Below are positions 60,342 to 64,000 of a DNA stretch of 64,000 bases, piece after piece. The translations under genes were made by a program, and so were the position numbers. The stretch spans positions 11,160,001-11,224,000 of the forward strand of contig CM022667.1 of assembly GCA_012295275.1 (NCBI GenBank). The letters run 5' to 3'. Each line of letters starts with the position of its first letter. Position 1 is the stretch's first letter. The notes under the pieces are model-generated. The model saw nothing but the letters and a program-made list of their open reading frames with translations. It did not search any database and was not told the origin of the DNA. Source of the stretch: Chrysomallon squamiferum (taxonomy: Eukaryota; Animalia; Mollusca).

Positions 60342-60650
60342 AACATGATCCAGTTCATCTCGCTAAATTAAAAATGAAATAAAATAAAAATAAAAAAATT
60401 AGAAGAAGAAAGCTAAAATGAGTAATAAAACAAAATTCAACTGAGGTAAAAACAACAACAATCGATTTAAAGATCTGTGAGTCATACCAAAACTCTTTTC
60501 CCAAACGACTGTGAAATGACGCAGCATGTTTTTAAAATACTTTTATTTTACTGTAACTACGTCAGCGCTGTGACGCATGGCGTCTGTTTTCACATATTTT
60601 TCCCGAACCAGCATGTCCACGACTGCGTCGATTAAAAGCAGTAATCCATG
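60342..60650 (+). repeat. Duplicated module X3 (copy of 56174-56482)
   Basis: Nearly identical over about 310 nt and ends at the transposon target site. Confidence 0.93.
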
Positions 60651-61000
60651 GGTGTCTTCCCATTTGGTAGAATTCCCAGTTCGTATAATTCCCATTTCGT
60701 AGAAAAAGCTGGTTTACCGCAATACCTGATTACCTCTGTATATAATGAACTTGGCCTGTGCATACATCTGGTTTCTTTCTAACATTCAGAGGGGGAGGGG
60801 GGCGCATTGTTCCTAAATCGATTATGTAACATCAACCAAAAGCAGAATAAGCATTCACAACTCATTTGTTGTTGATTTGTTACTTTTTCATTATTTCATC
60901 ATCTTCCTCCTCATTAACATCAACATTATTATTATTATTATTGTTATTCTTCTTATTCTTCTTATTATAATTACTGTTACTATTATTATTATTATTATTA

Positions 61001-61032
<32 letters not shown>

Positions 61033-62433
61033 GGTCATTTCTAATTCATAAACATTTCATTTCCGTTACAAAACAAGCAACCAATAATAAACAATTTTAC
61101 ATCAATTTCATCTATCTATTAAAAAACAAAACGAAAAAAGAATGAAAGAAAAGAAAAATGGCTTGCTTCTGTAAGAGAATACGACAAAAATATTATAAAT
61201 AACTAATTGAGCAATATAATTTTTAACAAAACATATTTTACATATGAGTAATTTACTTATATTCAGTAAATAGAATATTTGAACGTTACATTTATCATTA
61301 ACTTTTCGAATTCAACCGTATCCAGCTTAAACATGTACAAGATATCTGTTACTGATCATATTTACGTTATGCACACATACCTATACAGATTGTGCAAATA
61401 TTATACAATATATGTGACATAGGATATTAATAGTGTGTACACTAAAGATATTATGACCTGCAAATACTTTGGCTATGACTGAAAAAGTTTATAGGAAGGA
61501 CCAAATCATTGGGAATACTTTTAGATAAATACCTTCTTTTTTAATTATTTACATTCACTATATTCGATACATAGATTATTTCGATATTTGTCATATTTGC
61601 ATACTTTATGCGATAAGCAATATCCATACTACAATAATACCTCAGATTAAAGATGTAATTGGTTCCAAAACTTCCAATAGTTAAGTGAGGTAAGCGGGAG
61701 ACTAATTTACATAGAATTAAGGTTAAAAGCAGTGGTTACTTTCTCGCTGATGAGATCTGACATAAAAAAAGAGGTGAAATAAGGAGAAATAAAACGGCAG
61801 TTTAGACATAAATGATTTACTAGATTGTAGATATTAAATAAACAGTAAATCATTTACAAATCAATTTATACAAATACATTAAGAAATAAGTATATGCCGC
61901 TCATTGTGGGTTTTGGTTTCATTTAAGATAATGTATTTTGTTTCTAAAGTTATTATCTTCCGTTTCTTTTATCATCAGCATTTGCCGGTATACTGTTATT
62001 CGTTTTGACATATTGGAAGGGTAAATTACAAACGAGTTTAAGTCTCAATCGAAGCAGAAGACAAAAGAGAATCAGAATATCAGATGCACGTATGACGTGT
62101 CAGCTGATCAACACAACTGAGAGAAGCTCGTGAATGAACGAAAAATTAAAGAACAAGGACTTAAAAACATGCACTGTATACATTTGTATCATTTATTTCG
62201 AGCAATTAACTATTAAATTAAATTTCTATTTATATAATTTGTAAAGAAGAAAGATTGTTAAAGCGGGATATCGTTAAGCGAGATGTTACTGTATTTATAC
62301 AATAATAATCGCTTTCCAAATAATCTGGAGCAGTTCATTAAAATGACTGAGGTAAAACCAAACATGTCAATAAGACCACTGAACCACATTTAGCCTTTCT
62401 ACGAAATGGGATTCTACCATATGGGAGTAAGCC
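60651..62433. mobile_element. Non-autonomous DNA transposon, 1783 bp, 8-bp TSD AATCCATG
   Basis: TSD copies at 60643-60650 and 62434-62441. Imperfect TIRs GGTGTCTTCCCATTTGGTAGAAT / GGCTTACTCCCATATGGTAGAAT with TCCCATTTCGTAGAA subrepeats. The empty site is in the paralogous block at 56475-56482. No transposase ORF. Confidence 0.92.
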
Positions 62434-62441
62434 AATCCATG

Positions 62442-62773
62442 TAGATAAAAACAAATGTCCTCGATGCTCTTGGATAAGGCGGTAACTTATTGTTATAGAG
62501 GCAAGAAGTATTATAAAATTAAATGACACTAGTGATCATACATTCTGTTGTGTCCTGTTTATACGCCTTTTGAATGCATACTATTCTTAATTTAGTTTTT
62601 CTTTAAATATATATCTACAGTTAACCCATACATTAAAAAGAACGAATGAATGCATGAATGAATGAATGAAAAAATAAATGAACAAAATGATCTTAATGAT
62701 TAAACTCTTAATCAAGAGTTTTAAATATTAAATGCTGGATTAAATTTTAGCATTTTTATTTAAGTTTTTGTTT

Positions 62774-62777
<4 letters not shown>
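62442..62777 (+). repeat. Duplicated module Y2 (copy of ~56483-56821)
   Basis: Alignment to block 1 resumes immediately after the right TSD. Confidence 0.92.
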
Positions 62778-62841
<64 letters not shown>

Positions 62842-63189
62842 CTAAGAAGACGTTGCCTTCACGTTAAAGCTTGCACGATATGCGGACTCTCATGGTTCCG
62901 GTGACCTTTTCGAACTCAAAACAGTAAACACTTCTCGTCCAATCGTTCGCTTTCTTTCATCTTACGTACAACGAGGTCGTTTTACACAACCAGGCCACAG
63001 TTAGGTGGCATGTTTTTATGTTTCGTGAAAACCTGTCTCTGACGTCATTGCAGAAACAGAGTGCGTTCTAAGAAATAAGCAAAAATAGTTATTTGATTTG
63101 ATTTTGTTTTTTTAAAGAAAAAGAAAGAAAGAAGGTCGCTGACACAACCGGAACTAAATGTAGCAGATATCCGTACAGATGTTCATCCG

Positions 63190-63490
63190 TGATGCTCCTG
63201 GGTTTTACGGTAGTAGAGACAAAGAAGTATTATAAAATTAAATAACGATAGTGACCACACATTCTGTTGTGTCCTGTTTCCGTACTTTTTAAGTGTATAC
63301 TGCCTACACAATTCTTAATTTAGCTTTCCCACTAAATATTATGTCTACAGTAAACCAGACATCAAAATCAAGGAGTGAATGCAAGAATGAATGAATCAAT
63401 GAATGAATGAAACAATAAATGAACAAATTAAATACTGAATGTTAAATACTGGATTAAATTTTAACATTATTATTTTAGTTTTGTTTTAAT

Positions 63491-63583
<93 letters not shown>

Positions 63584-63998
63584 TATGTGTGTGAATGGGG
63601 CAGGGTGCGAGAGAATCTGCTTGAAAGGGGGAAGGAGAGAGAGAGAGCGAAAGAGAGAGAAAGAAAGAGTGAGAAAAGCAAGTAAAATAGAAAATGGAAA
63701 CATTATTATAATTCATCTCGTTAAATCAATAATTAAAAGAAAATAAGAGAGAGAGAGACTTTTGCTTTGATTTTTACTGTAACTACATCAGCGCTGTGAC
63801 TCATGACGTCTGTTTTCATATATTTTTCCCGAACCGGCATGACCCCGACTGCGTCGATTAAAAGCAGTAATCCATGGAAATAAAAACAAAAGTTCTTTGA
63901 AAACATTTCTCAAACCCGGACACGCCTCGACAACCAATCAAACAAACATCCCGGATTAATGACCTCGGGGAAACGTCCTGTTTCGCCGCTATAAAAAA
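63190..63998 (+). repeat. Diverged module Y3 + AG tract + X4 and a second copy of the toxin-gene promoter (TATAAAA 63990-63996)
   Basis: 63593-63998 closely matches 56892-57292, including AP-1/CRE (63797-63810), CCAAT, GGGGAAACGTCC and TATA. Confidence 0.92.
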
Positions 63999-64000
63999 TG

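Noticed and set aside
62890-63156. Imperfect inverted repeat (GTTCCGGT/GACCTT … AAGGTC/ACCGGAAC) between duplicated modules
   Set aside because: Short and gapped, with no TSD found. Cannot be called an element.

Overview
AT-rich, microsatellite-dense animal DNA, most likely a gastropod mollusc. This is inferred from the ZP-domain type and a SINE tail, not proven. Almost all ORFs in the supplied track are simple-repeat artefacts. Manual splicing on the + strand gives three frame-consistent genes. (1) A 6-exon Cys-loop ligand-gated ion channel (non-alpha nAChR-like, about 451 aa) whose probable signal-peptide exon at 8017-8071 lies across a ~32 kb first intron. (2) A 2-exon, 270-aa membrane protein with only a ZP-C-like domain of vitelline-envelope type. 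(3) A 3-exon, 200-aa secreted precursor: signal peptide, acidic propeptide, RREKR convertase site, then a cysteine-free 108-aa mature region of about +23 charge whose motifs match bacterial CdiA-CT-type polymorphic toxin tips. Gene 3 is the best candidate for a new system: an apparently domesticated bacterial toxin domain rebuilt as a prepro-antimicrobial protein. It sits in a tandemly duplicated block whose promoter recurs at the very end of the window, so a paralog probably follows. One duplicate carries a 1.78-kb DNA transposon with an 8-bp target-site duplication.
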